Positions 1 to 7,559 of a DNA stretch of 35,788 nt are shown here, in pieces; the first letter of the stretch is position 1; the number at the start of each line of letters is the position of its first letter. The position numbers were made by a program, and so were the translations under genes. The notes below the pieces were generated by a model that was given only the letters and a program-made list of their open reading frames with translations, was not told the origin of the DNA and searched no databases. Location of the stretch: IMG/VR virus record IMGVR_UViG_3300008255_000272, positions 1-35,788 of that record; one strand, written 5' to 3'. The DNA comes from a virus (lineage: Duplodnaviria; Caudoviricetes).

Positions 1-12
1 GACTTATCCACA
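1..12. repeat. Terminal direct repeat GACTTATCCACA (left copy); contains a perfect DnaA box TTATCCACA at 4-12
   Basis: Identical to 35777-35788; the helicase ORF continues across the joined ends, consistent with a circular overlap. Confidence 0.9.
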
Positions 13-1250
13 TAAAGCTTTTCGTCAAAATCCTGCTTATTTTTTAATGCATTGTGAATCGCCATGTCGATTTCACTCTTTGCAATCAAGTTTATATACA
101 GATTTTTCTTTAAATGATTTGCTCGAAGAATTCTTCCAAGAGCCTGAGAATAATCCACGAATGAATAATTTCTTGAAGCAAAGATCATCACCGGACAATC
201 AGGAATTTCCCACCCTGCACTGATTTGTGACTGGCATATAAAAACATAATCGTCACACGCATTCACCTGCCGGAATAATTCTCCACGATCTTTTGTTTTT
301 CCAGTAAGAGTGAAAACTTTCTTCCCTTCTTTTTTAAATGCTTTTTCAAGGTTTTCAATTTGTGTCGTGTATTTTGCAAACACAATCATTCGAGGAAATT
401 CAATTGAATAATCAAGAAGTCTTTGAGTTTTATTTTCTTTGAAAACTTGAGCCTTGTTGTAATCATCACCGGCGAGAATTCCATTTTCAATCTGATTGAT
501 TTTTCCAATAGCAACAATTGGATCAGGATAATCTAATCGTGCTTCTTTAATTGCTTTCTTTTGGTCAACTGTTAGATCCACGTATTCATCATGGAATGTT
601 TGTTCTGGAACATCGAAGTAGTCTTCGAGTCTTCCGACAAATCCAATTGTCTTCACGAGTCTTGCGAGTCGCTCTTTTGTTTCTTTATCACTCTTTGGAG
701 AATAAACTTCTCTTCCTGCCATTGGCAACCTGACATAATAGATTGATCTGAATTTATAGAATGATTCAATTCCTCCGGACCACGCTCCAAGAATTACACC
801 TGCTCCCCACACTGTCATTGGAGATTTTACAATTGTCGCTGTCACCAAATACACACGCTCAGGCTTTGTCTTCTCAATGAATTCTTTCAATGAATAAAAT
901 AGTTGTGAAGCCTTTGGTCGTGGCATTCGGTTTTTGAAATGTGTTGATGGTGTAACTCCAAGACATGTGTGAGCTTCATCCACAATCACTGTGTCGAACT
1001 TTGGAAGTGTTAAAACATCCCTTCTAAATTCCTCCTTGCTCATTACAGTAAGATCAATATCAAGTCTGAGCATCTTTGCTTCCCTTTGCCAGTTCTCATC
1101 ATCTCGTTGAGTTTTCGGACAAACAACAAGCACCCGACCTGTTGCCAGAGCGAGTGCTGTTCTTGTTTTTCCACTTCCACATCCTTGAAATATTCCAGAT
1201 TTCTTTGGATCTGCTTCAACTATTTCTTTTTGGTGTTGGTACAACTGCAT
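1..1250 (-). CDS. Superfamily 2 (SNF2-like, DEAH) helicase; wraps the circular junction and stops at 35769-35767
   Basis: Manual translation from ATG 1250: MQLYQHQKEIV...GCGSGKT (motif I), VIVDEAH (motif II), VTAT (III), QALGRILR (VI). Ends ...KLYVDKSLN* across the junction. Absent from the ORF track because it runs off the window. Confidence 0.9.
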   Translation of the reverse strand, partial: MQLYQHQKEIVEADPKKSGIFQGCGSGKTRTALALATGRVLVVCPKTQRDDENWQREAKMLRLDIDLTVMSKEEFRRDVLTLPKFDTVIVDEAHTCLGVTPSTHFKNRMPRPKASQLFYSLKEFIEKTKPERVYLVTATIVKSPMTVWGAGVILGAWSGGIESFYKFRSIYYVRLPMAGREVYSPKSDKETKERLARLVKTIGFVGRLEDYFDVPEQTFHDEYVDLTVDQKKAIKEARLDYPDPIVAIGKINQIENGILAGDDYNKAQVFKENKTQRLLDYSIEFPRMIVFAKYTTQIENLEKAFKKEGKKVFTLTGKTKDRGELFRQVNACDDYVFICQSQISAGWEIPDCPVMIFASRNYSFVDYSQALGRILRANHLKKNLYINLIAKSEIDMAIHNALKNKQDFDEKLYVDK

Positions 1251-1372
1251 TTTGAATTTATAAGAAAGTGTATAACCTCGTAGAGCTTCATATCTAGAAT
1301 GGCGGACCATTTTCTGATGGCAAGATAATCTGCTTCTTTTATCTTTATATTTCTATATTTTGATTGCAACAT
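1220..1372 (-). CDS. Small ribbon-helix-helix-like DNA-binding protein (50 aa)
   Basis: From ATG 1372: alternating beta strand YRNIKI followed by helices EADYLAIRKWSAILD and MKLYEVIHFLI; overlaps the helicase start. Confidence 0.55.
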   Translation of the reverse strand: MLQSKYRNIKIKEADYLAIRKWSAILDMKLYEVIHFLINSKCSCTNTKKK

Positions 1373-1497
1373 TTGTCTTTTAGTATTTAAAATTTTATAA
1401 ACAGAGAACGAGATTCTAATAACTAGATGTTCCAGCGTTCTCGCTACCAAAACATAAGTCCTAAAACCCCACTCACTGCTTACATAGGTAGAATATG

Positions 1498-1818
1498 CTA
1501 CTTTCTTCCATCTGTAAAAAGTTTAACTTTGTCACCTGTGGACAACTTTTTTAAAGACACTAATTCAATGATGTCTTGATCAGTTATCTCAACAAATTCA
1601 GATCTCTTGATTCCCTGTCTTCCAAAGAATCCGTCGAACTCAGATTCACCAACCCATCCATTTAAAAGTTGTCCGGATTCATTGTCTTTTATTATTTCCC
1701 AATAAAGCAATCCTACTTTATATCTTACGACTGAAGAAAAATCATCCATAACATCTAGCACCATTCCTGATTCTCCATCCCAAATTTTTTTCATATTAGT
1801 TAAGTGCAGTCGATGCAC
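1498..1818 (-). CDS. Hypothetical protein
   Basis: 106-aa ORF; true start possibly the internal MKKIWD. Confidence 0.55.
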   Translation of the reverse strand: MHRLHLTNMKKIWDGESGMVLDVMDDFSSVVRYKVGLLYWEIIKDNESGQLLNGWVGESEFDGFFGRQGIKRSEFVEITDQDIIELVSLKKLSTGDKVKLFTDGRK

Positions 1819-1854
1819 AGAGTGCGAGGATTAAAAAAATTATTATGTAAATGA

Positions 1855-1983
1855 TTATTGTTCTATACATTTTATTATTGCATCAATTTGTTCAGGAAAA
1901 TATATTGGAGAATATATTTTGTAAATTTCTTCGAGTTGAAAACCCTGTCGATGAAGCTCTTTTATCTGTCCTTCGTAATCCAT
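1855..1983 (-). CDS. Small hypothetical protein (MDYEGQIKELHRQG...)
   Basis: Non-overlapping 3' part of track ORF 1855..2157; preceded by minus-strand TGATATTAT extended -10. Confidence 0.5.
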   Translation of the reverse strand: MDYEGQIKELHRQGFQLEEIYKIYSPIYFPEQIDAIIKCIEQ

Positions 1984-2018
1984 ATTTATTGTTGCTGTAA
2001 TAATATCACGAAATTCTT

Positions 2019-2031
2019 GCGAACTGTTCGT
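2019..2031. promoter_or_regulatory. Palindromic operator copy 1 (GCGAACTGTTCGt)
   Basis: 12/13 match to GCGAACWGTTCGC; lies between divergent genes; adjacent to TTATCCCCA (2031-2039). Confidence 0.7.
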
Positions 2032-2068
2032 TATCCCCAGTTTTAATTTGTAGAATATTTTTTTCAGG

Positions 2069-2077
2069 TGATATACT
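2069..2077 (+). promoter_or_regulatory. Extended -10 promoter (TGATATACT) for the primase; probably leaderless
   Basis: -10 hexamer ends 6 nt before ATG 2084. Confidence 0.6.
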
Positions 2078-2083
2078 TTCGAC

Positions 2084-3004
2084 ATGCACTTAAATAAATT
2101 ACACCACGACTGGTTGAGCCGACAAAAAATTACTGAAAATGTTTTGGCGGAATTCAATCTCTACTCAACTGAAAGTGGAACAATTGCTTTTCCTGTTTTA
2201 GATGGGGAAGGCAACTTTGTTTTTAATAAGTATAGAAGATCTCCGGAGAATGATAAAGGTCCAAAATACACTTACGATTTTGGTGGGAAGATGACACTCT
2301 ACGGATGGTTTAAAGCAAAAGATCACGACACAATTTTAATCACTGAAGGAGAAAAAGATTGCCTTGTTGCATGGAGTCACAATATTCCGGCGGTCACTTC
2401 AACTGGAGGTGCGATGTCATTTCCTCTTGAGTGGGTTGATGTCCTTCAGGGGAAGAACATAATACTTTGCTTCGACAATGACAAAGCCGGAGGTCAAGGA
2501 ATGGCGAAAGTTGCAAAGATGTTTGGACTTGAAAATGTGAAAATCTTATTCCTTCCAGAGCGATCAGGTATAAAGGACATTTCGGATTATGTCCTTAATG
2601 GAGGAGATTTGCACACTCTTATAAAGACAGCAAAAGTTATAAAGGACATTTTGTCCGATAGAGGTGATCGTGTGAGCCTTTGGCAATCAACATATTTCCA
2701 TGATGAATTCCTGAAGGAGGATAAGCCTGTGGAACAAAAAATTGGTAAACGAAAACATTCAGATGATGTCCTTTTGAGTGCAAAGTCATTTCCGATTCCA
2801 CATCTTGAAGGAATCAAATTTAACAAAACCGGCAAAGCGGTTTGTCCTTTTCACAATGAAAAAACTGGATCACTTCAATATTATCCAAAGACCAACACCT
2901 GCTACTGTTTCGGACAATGTGGGAAGAATTACGATGTCATTGATATGTACATGAAAATTAATGATGCATCATTTACTGAAGCAATTAATAAATTAAAAGA
3001 ATAA
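2084..3004 (+). CDS. DNA primase: TOPRIM domain plus C-terminal CHC2 zinc finger
   Basis: ILITEGEKD, ILCFDNDKAG and KDISD TOPRIM motifs; CPFHNEKTGS...YCFGQCG zinc-binding domain at the C-terminus. Confidence 0.88.
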   Translation: MHLNKLHHDWLSRQKITENVLAEFNLYSTESGTIAFPVLDGEGNFVFNKYRRSPENDKGPKYTYDFGGKMTLYGWFKAKDHDTILITEGEKDCLVAWSHNIPAVTSTGGAMSFPLEWVDVLQGKNIILCFDNDKAGGQGMAKVAKMFGLENVKILFLPERSGIKDISDYVLNGGDLHTLIKTAKVIKDILSDRGDRVSLWQSTYFHDEFLKEDKPVEQKIGKRKHSDDVLLSAKSFPIPHLEGIKFNKTGKAVCPFHNEKTGSLQYYPKTNTCYCFGQCGKNYDVIDMYMKINDASFTEAINKLKE

Positions 3005-3471
3005 TGAAAAAGAAATTTTATAAAACAAAGTCAATTGATGAAGCAGTGTATTTGGTGATGAATGGTTTTAAATACGAAACAATGACAATCATTCCTTCCG
3101 CAGTAAAATCTTGCGAATGGATTTTTATTCTAACTCCTTCTCTTAAAAAAGCATCCAACAATTTTTGGAATACAAATGTTCAGGTTGATCTTCATCGTTG
3201 GATGTCTGTTCGACAACAACTTAAATATCAGAGAATTTCAGAAATTCAACCCAGTAAAACTTTTCAAAAAAATGTTAGAAAAAATGTAACAAGCGAAATC
3301 AGAAAACACGTTAATAAAGATTTAACTTATTATTTCAAATCAGAAACAAGTAAGGTATTAATGAAATGTTCAATCGGCGAAGGCAAAGTTTATGATGACT
3401 CAACTCACTGGAAAAGATACACCGCCGGAAATATGTTCTTGGATAATCAAGGACTTGTAAAACGACCATGA
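3004..3471 (+). CDS. Hypothetical protein (N-terminus possibly DUF5659-like)
   Basis: Translationally coupled to both neighbours (TAATG and ATGA overlaps). Confidence 0.6.
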   Translation: MKKKFYKTKSIDEAVYLVMNGFKYETMTIIPSAVKSCEWIFILTPSLKKASNNFWNTNVQVDLHRWMSVRQQLKYQRISEIQPSKTFQKNVRKNVTSEIRKHVNKDLTYYFKSETSKVLMKCSIGEGKVYDDSTHWKRYTAGNMFLDNQGLVKRP

Positions 3472-4748
3472 AACTTCCTGCAATCAAAAAAGAAATACAG
3501 AAATATCAATACTTTGAGGACACTTCAATTATTGATTTAACTTTGGCTTCAATCATCTCTAATCGTTTGAAAATTGGTGATCCAGTGTGGCTTGTAATTA
3601 TTGGTGCATCATCAGGAGGAAAATCACAAATCTTGCGACCTATGGCGTTGACTGATGAAACATTTATTCATCGTGTTGATGATCTTACTGAGAACACTTT
3701 CCTTTCTGCAAAAGCCGGAGATAAAAAAAATTCACTATTGCACCGAATCGGAACACGAGGAATTATTGCAATCTCTGATCTTACAGTTCTATTTTCAAAA
3801 AATTCCGACAGCAAGAACGCCATCCTTTCACAATTTCGTATGATTTACGATGGTGAGATGACTAAAATGTCCGGAAACGACACAACCGCCAACACATGGA
3901 AAGGAAATCTAGGAGTGATCTCCGGAGGTACGCCGACACTTTATGAAAAATTTGAAGAAGTGGCGGACATGGGAGAGCGATTTATCTACTACAGAATGAA
4001 GGATTATGATCCTGAGAAGGCAACTGAAATTGCTCTTAACCGGAAAATGTATGGAAGAGATTTGGATGAAAAACTTGCGAAGCTTTATGGTGATTACATC
4101 ACAAATGTTGCGATGGAATGTACTGATAAAGAATTGGACCTTGAGCTTGATAAAGAAACAAAGCATCGAATTGTTGAAGTTTCACTCCTTGCCGAAAGAA
4201 TAAGAACAGTTGCAAAGAAAGATTGGAAAGGTGAAGTGATCATCAAAAAGCCAGTTCCGGCGATGCCTATGCGTATTGCGTTGCAATTATCTAATATTGC
4301 AAAAGGTTTGATGGCTATTAAATTTTATGAAACCGGAGCGACAAAACTTGAAGAAGCAGAACTTCACATTTTAGATTGGTGTGCTTATTCACTTGCTAAT
4401 GAAGAAAAAAGAGCGTGTCTTGATGTTATTGCAAAGCATGACTTTGGATTAGCTGTTAGAACAACAACTATTGCGGATGTTGTTGGACTTGATACTGATG
4501 TAATCCGAAACATCCTTCAGAATCTTTCTGCGGTTGGAATATTACAGCGTACAGGAGATAGTAACAGCCTACACTGGGCTTTTACTAAAGAAAGTGATTG
4601 GAAGGTTTTAAGAAGAATTTGCGACATCAAAGAAAGTGAGAATTTAATCTCAAGAGAAATAACCGAAGAAGAAGGTCATGAAGGTGAATCAGGATTTGAT
4701 ACTTTTGATGAAAATTTTATTAATTCATTTGGAAATCAACAACAATGA
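3468..4748 (+). CDS. P-loop ATPase, probable replicative helicase (MCM/AAA+-like) with C-terminal winged helix
   Basis: Walker A IIGASSGGKS; Walker B-like IIAISD; GERF arginine-finger-like motif; C-terminal TTTIADVVGL...LQNL HTH-like segment; in the primase operon. Confidence 0.7.
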   Translation: MKLPAIKKEIQKYQYFEDTSIIDLTLASIISNRLKIGDPVWLVIIGASSGGKSQILRPMALTDETFIHRVDDLTENTFLSAKAGDKKNSLLHRIGTRGIIAISDLTVLFSKNSDSKNAILSQFRMIYDGEMTKMSGNDTTANTWKGNLGVISGGTPTLYEKFEEVADMGERFIYYRMKDYDPEKATEIALNRKMYGRDLDEKLAKLYGDYITNVAMECTDKELDLELDKETKHRIVEVSLLAERIRTVAKKDWKGEVIIKKPVPAMPMRIALQLSNIAKGLMAIKFYETGATKLEEAELHILDWCAYSLANEEKRACLDVIAKHDFGLAVRTTTIADVVGLDTDVIRNILQNLSAVGILQRTGDSNSLHWAFTKESDWKVLRRICDIKESENLISREITEEEGHEGESGFDTFDENFINSFGNQQQ

Positions 4749-4915
4749 GAGCCGAAAGAAAATACCATGCCGGTCAAAAAAAGAAAAGAGGGTTTGCATT
4801 TGTGAATCCAAACTGCATTGTGTGCAAAAAAGAAATTAAAGCAAAACAGTTGTATTATAATAAAGTAGGACACGAGGTACATGTCAAGTGTGTGTCGAAA
4901 GATTTAATAGAATAA
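4745..4915 (+). CDS. Small zinc-finger protein (56 aa)
   Basis: Manual translation MRAERKYH...CIVCKK...HVKC; ATGA overlap with the ATPase stop. Confidence 0.6.
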   Translation: MRAERKYHAGQKKKRGFAFVNPNCIVCKKEIKAKQLYYNKVGHEVHVKCVSKDLIE

Positions 4916-4926
4916 CAATAATTAAT

Positions 4927-5082
4927 ATGGATGAATTCTGTCCAAAGTGTGGTGATGAACTGTACGACAATGGAAATAAATTCGAATGTGAGTGTGGGTT
5001 TAGAGTGAGTTGTAAATTATTTCTCGGAATGGCACAGCCAAAAAGAAAGCTCGACAATCAGGAATATTTAAGTAGTTTGTAG
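4927..5082 (+). CDS. Small zinc-ribbon protein
   Basis: MDEFCPKCG...CECG. Confidence 0.6.
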   Translation: MDEFCPKCGDELYDNGNKFECECGFRVSCKLFLGMAQPKRKLDNQEYLSSL

Positions 5083-5694
5083 AACTTCGTTACACAATTG
5101 TTCAGGAATCATTGAGCGTTCATAAGAGCCTTTTCTTCCTTGAGTTCCAGTCTTACTTCCACGAGGTGCGGATACATGACAAGGCATACCATTTTTACAC
5201 ATCGGTTTTGGAATCCATTTTTCGTTATTAGTCCAAATATCAGTAGGTTTCATTCTTTCATCTCCATACTGGCAATATGTAATTGTGTGTCTAATAGGCA
5301 AAAGTTTGACAACATCTAATTTTCTTAAAACTCCACGAGGATTTTCTATATACCAAATCAAATTTGGATTTAACTTTTGATAATAATCTATAATCTCAAT
5401 AGTTTTTTGTACTAACTTCATACCCAACAAAGCTCCTTCTGTTTTTGGCTCATACCCCCTATAACCTCCACCCCAATGTGTGCCAATAGAAGCAACACTG
5501 AAAGAAGTACAAGGAGGTGAAGCCCAAATCACATCAGGAATGAAAGGCACATTTTTATAATCAAAATCCAAAATATCAACGACATAATCAATCCTTCCAA
5601 ATTGTTCAATATCACTAGAAAACGATACCCCCCCCATTTGCTCAGTGGCTTTTCCTATCGATCTACTTCCTGCGAATAATTCAAGAACTTTCAT
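5068..5694 (-). CDS. DNA cytosine-5 methyltransferase (short phage type)
   Basis: Start reassigned to MKVLELFAG (motif I); ASPPCT (motif IV, catalytic PC); IENP (motif VI). Confidence 0.9.
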   Translation of the reverse strand: MKVLELFAGSRSIGKATEQMGGVSFSSDIEQFGRIDYVVDILDFDYKNVPFIPDVIWASPPCTSFSVASIGTHWGGGYRGYEPKTEGALLGMKLVQKTIEIIDYYQKLNPNLIWYIENPRGVLRKLDVVKLLPIRHTITYCQYGDERMKPTDIWTNNEKWIPKPMCKNGMPCHVSAPRGSKTGTQGRKGSYERSMIPEQLCNEVLQTT

Positions 5695-5695
5695 G

Positions 5696-5890
5696 TTAAT
5701 TAAAAGGATTATAATGTTTTGAACATTGATAGCCATGTTTGTGTTCGCAAAGCCCATTGTCATAAAAACATTTTTGACAATGAGGAACATTTGATTCTTC
5801 GCTGGAATTGAATTCATTTGAAAAATCATGTTCACAATCGAACCCTTCTCCACACACAGCACAATCTAATTTTGTTTTAACTTCTTTCAT
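5696..5890 (-). CDS. Cys/His-rich small protein
   Basis: CAVC, CEH, CQKC and CEH motifs; coupled to neighbouring genes. Confidence 0.6.
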   Translation of the reverse strand: MKEVKTKLDCAVCGEGFDCEHDFSNEFNSSEESNVPHCQKCFYDNGLCEHKHGYQCSKHYNPFN

Positions 5891-6432
5891 AATTTTCTTT
5901 TAGCAAAGCGTGAAGGTTTGCAATCAGTACAAATCGGCTGATAATTGTCCTTGTTAAATATTGCTTCATCTTTCATTGCTTCATTGATTGTAAGAATCCT
6001 TTTTTTATTTAAATAGCAAGGAATGTTAAATAGACATCGCACAAATAATGGATAAATAGTTCGTGGATGATCTTTCTTAAATTGTTTGCGAGTGGGGAAT
6101 TGGTGTTTGCATTCAGAGCATGTGTTCTTGTGAGCTTCCAATACATCCTCCTTTAACAACTCGTGCTTCAGAGTCTTTCGGACCTTGTTGAATAGTAAAA
6201 CATCTTTGGCTTCTTTATATCCTCCATCGAAATCTACATTTATATTATCACTAGGTTTTACGCTAGACTTTTTCTTTTGTTTTACAGTATCCAATGATGT
6301 GTATTTTTCATATAGTTCCTCAATCACTTTTGTTTGAAATAGACTTTTTGCGTTACCAAAAATGACTTCATCCTCTTCGGACATCTTTCCATCTAATCGG
6401 ATATTATTCAATTTTGTGTATTTTTCATCCAT
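5887..6432 (-). CDS. Hypothetical protein with degenerate HNH-like zinc site
   Basis: CSEC...NYQPICTDC matches the HNH treble-clef spacing, but canonical His residues are not evident. Confidence 0.55.
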   Translation of the reverse strand: MDEKYTKLNNIRLDGKMSEEDEVIFGNAKSLFQTKVIEELYEKYTSLDTVKQKKKSSVKPSDNINVDFDGGYKEAKDVLLFNKVRKTLKHELLKEDVLEAHKNTCSECKHQFPTRKQFKKDHPRTIYPLFVRCLFNIPCYLNKKRILTINEAMKDEAIFNKDNYQPICTDCKPSRFAKRKL

Positions 6433-6449
6433 TTTTTGTAGGGGTTGCC

Positions 6450-6556
6450 GGCTCTAGGGAGTGGCTTAGAGCCAGATTCCAGTTCGGCTTTGTTCTTCAA
6501 GCTTCTTGCAAGGGGTTTACTACCCTAAGGGTAGTTCCCCTCTGCTAGAGCTGAAC
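6450..6556 (+). other. Nested inverted repeats / stem-loops upstream of terS
   Basis: GGCTCTAG/TTAGAGCC (6450-6473); GTTCGGCTTT/AGAGCTGAAC (6482-6556) enclosing AGGGG/CCCCT and the palindrome ACTACCCT-A-AGGGTAGT (6519-6535). Confidence 0.7.
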
Positions 6557-6683
6557 ATATAGCCAGTTTATACTTTCCTTATCGGAATTGCAAGTGGGAA
6601 GTGAGGTCATACAATATAAAATTTGGATTGTCAAAAACTGCGTTTGTTTCTTGACTATTTGTTTTTTGTGTTATTATTAATGC

Positions 6684-7133
6684 ATGGAAAAAGAAACTAC
6701 TAAAAAGAAAAGAGGTCATGAAACAACTTACACTGATGCTTACAATAAGAAAGCAAAAGAGTATTTGCAAAACAGCGTTGATGTTGTTACTGAGTTTCAT
6801 AAAACTCGTGGTGAGAAAAGCGATTCTTACGAAAGAATTATTGATGTGAAAATTCCGTCAGTTGCCGGTCTTGCAATTTATTTGAAGGTTGCGAGATCAA
6901 CTATTTACAAATGGGCAGATGAACAGCCTAATTTCTCGGACACTTTGGAGCAAATTCTTGCGACACAAGAGGAAATTTTGACTTCTAATGGGCTTGGTGG
7001 ACAGTATAGTCCGGTGATTACAAAACTGATGCTTTCAAACAATCATGGTTATAAAGAAAAAACTGAAACTGATGTGACTTCTAAAGGAGAAAGAATTTCC
7101 GGCTTTAATTATATTGATCCGACAAAAAAGTAG
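6684..7133 (+). CDS. terS: Terminase small subunit (P22 gp3-like DNA-packaging protein)
   Basis: PSVAGLAIYLKVARSTIYKW HTH; GLGGQYSPVITKLMLSNNHGY; DVTSKGE C-terminal motif; upstream of terL. Confidence 0.88.
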   Translation: MEKETTKKKRGHETTYTDAYNKKAKEYLQNSVDVVTEFHKTRGEKSDSYERIIDVKIPSVAGLAIYLKVARSTIYKWADEQPNFSDTLEQILATQEEILTSNGLGGQYSPVITKLMLSNNHGYKEKTETDVTSKGERISGFNYIDPTKK

Positions 7134-7190
7134 TTTTATCATCACAATAAGAAAGGATTTTGTTATCACAAATCTCGTAAAGGTGGTAAA

Positions 7191-7424
7191 ATGTATTTAT
7201 TGATTTTTATGCCGGACCATCCTTTTGCAACCAAGAAGGGTTATGTCAGAGAGCATAGATTGATTATCGAAAATAATGTCGGTCGACTTTTATTAAAAAA
7301 CGAAGTTGTTCATCACAAAGACGGAAACACTTTAAATAATTCTTTGGACAATCTCGAACTAATGACTGCAAGTGAACATTCTCGTTTCCATGTCAAAGAT
7401 AATGTTCATAAGCGGTGGGAATAA
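7191..7424 (+). CDS. HNH endonuclease (HNH_3 type)
   Basis: PDHP...GYVREHRL...EVVHHKDGNTLNNSLDNLELMTASEH. Confidence 0.9.
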   Translation: MYLLIFMPDHPFATKKGYVREHRLIIENNVGRLLLKNEVVHHKDGNTLNNSLDNLELMTASEHSRFHVKDNVHKRWE

Positions 7425-7441
7425 ACTCCCTCTTGCATCCG

Positions 7442-7549
7442 ATGGCGAAACCAACAATTTCCCCAACATTGAAACAGCATTCTGCGTATCAATACCTCCA
7501 AGACGATACAACAAAGTATCTACTTTTTGGCGGTGGTGCGGGGGGGGGT
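7442..7549 (+). CDS. terL: Terminase large subunit, N-terminal segment (36 aa, ends inside Walker A)
   Basis: Manual translation MAKPTISPTLKQHSAYQYLQDDTTKYLLFGGGAGGG, then TGA at 7550; includes the PTxKQ adenine-binding motif. Confidence 0.85.
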
Positions 7550-7559
7550 TGACTAAACT

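Noticed and set aside
1-12. attL/attR of an integrated prophage
   Set aside because: No integrase or host genes are present, and the helicase ORF is continuous across the junction; circular overlap is simpler.
7131-7133. Genome-wide TAG reassignment
   Set aside because: TAG correctly ends terL (8915), portal (12272) and 12899, and structural genes are not fragmented.
7550-7552. TGA reassigned to Gly (genetic code 25) as the explanation for the terL stop
   Set aside because: Readthrough stays in the wrong frame. TGA also acts as a stop in ATGA overlaps (3471, 4748), and long genes have no in-frame TGA.
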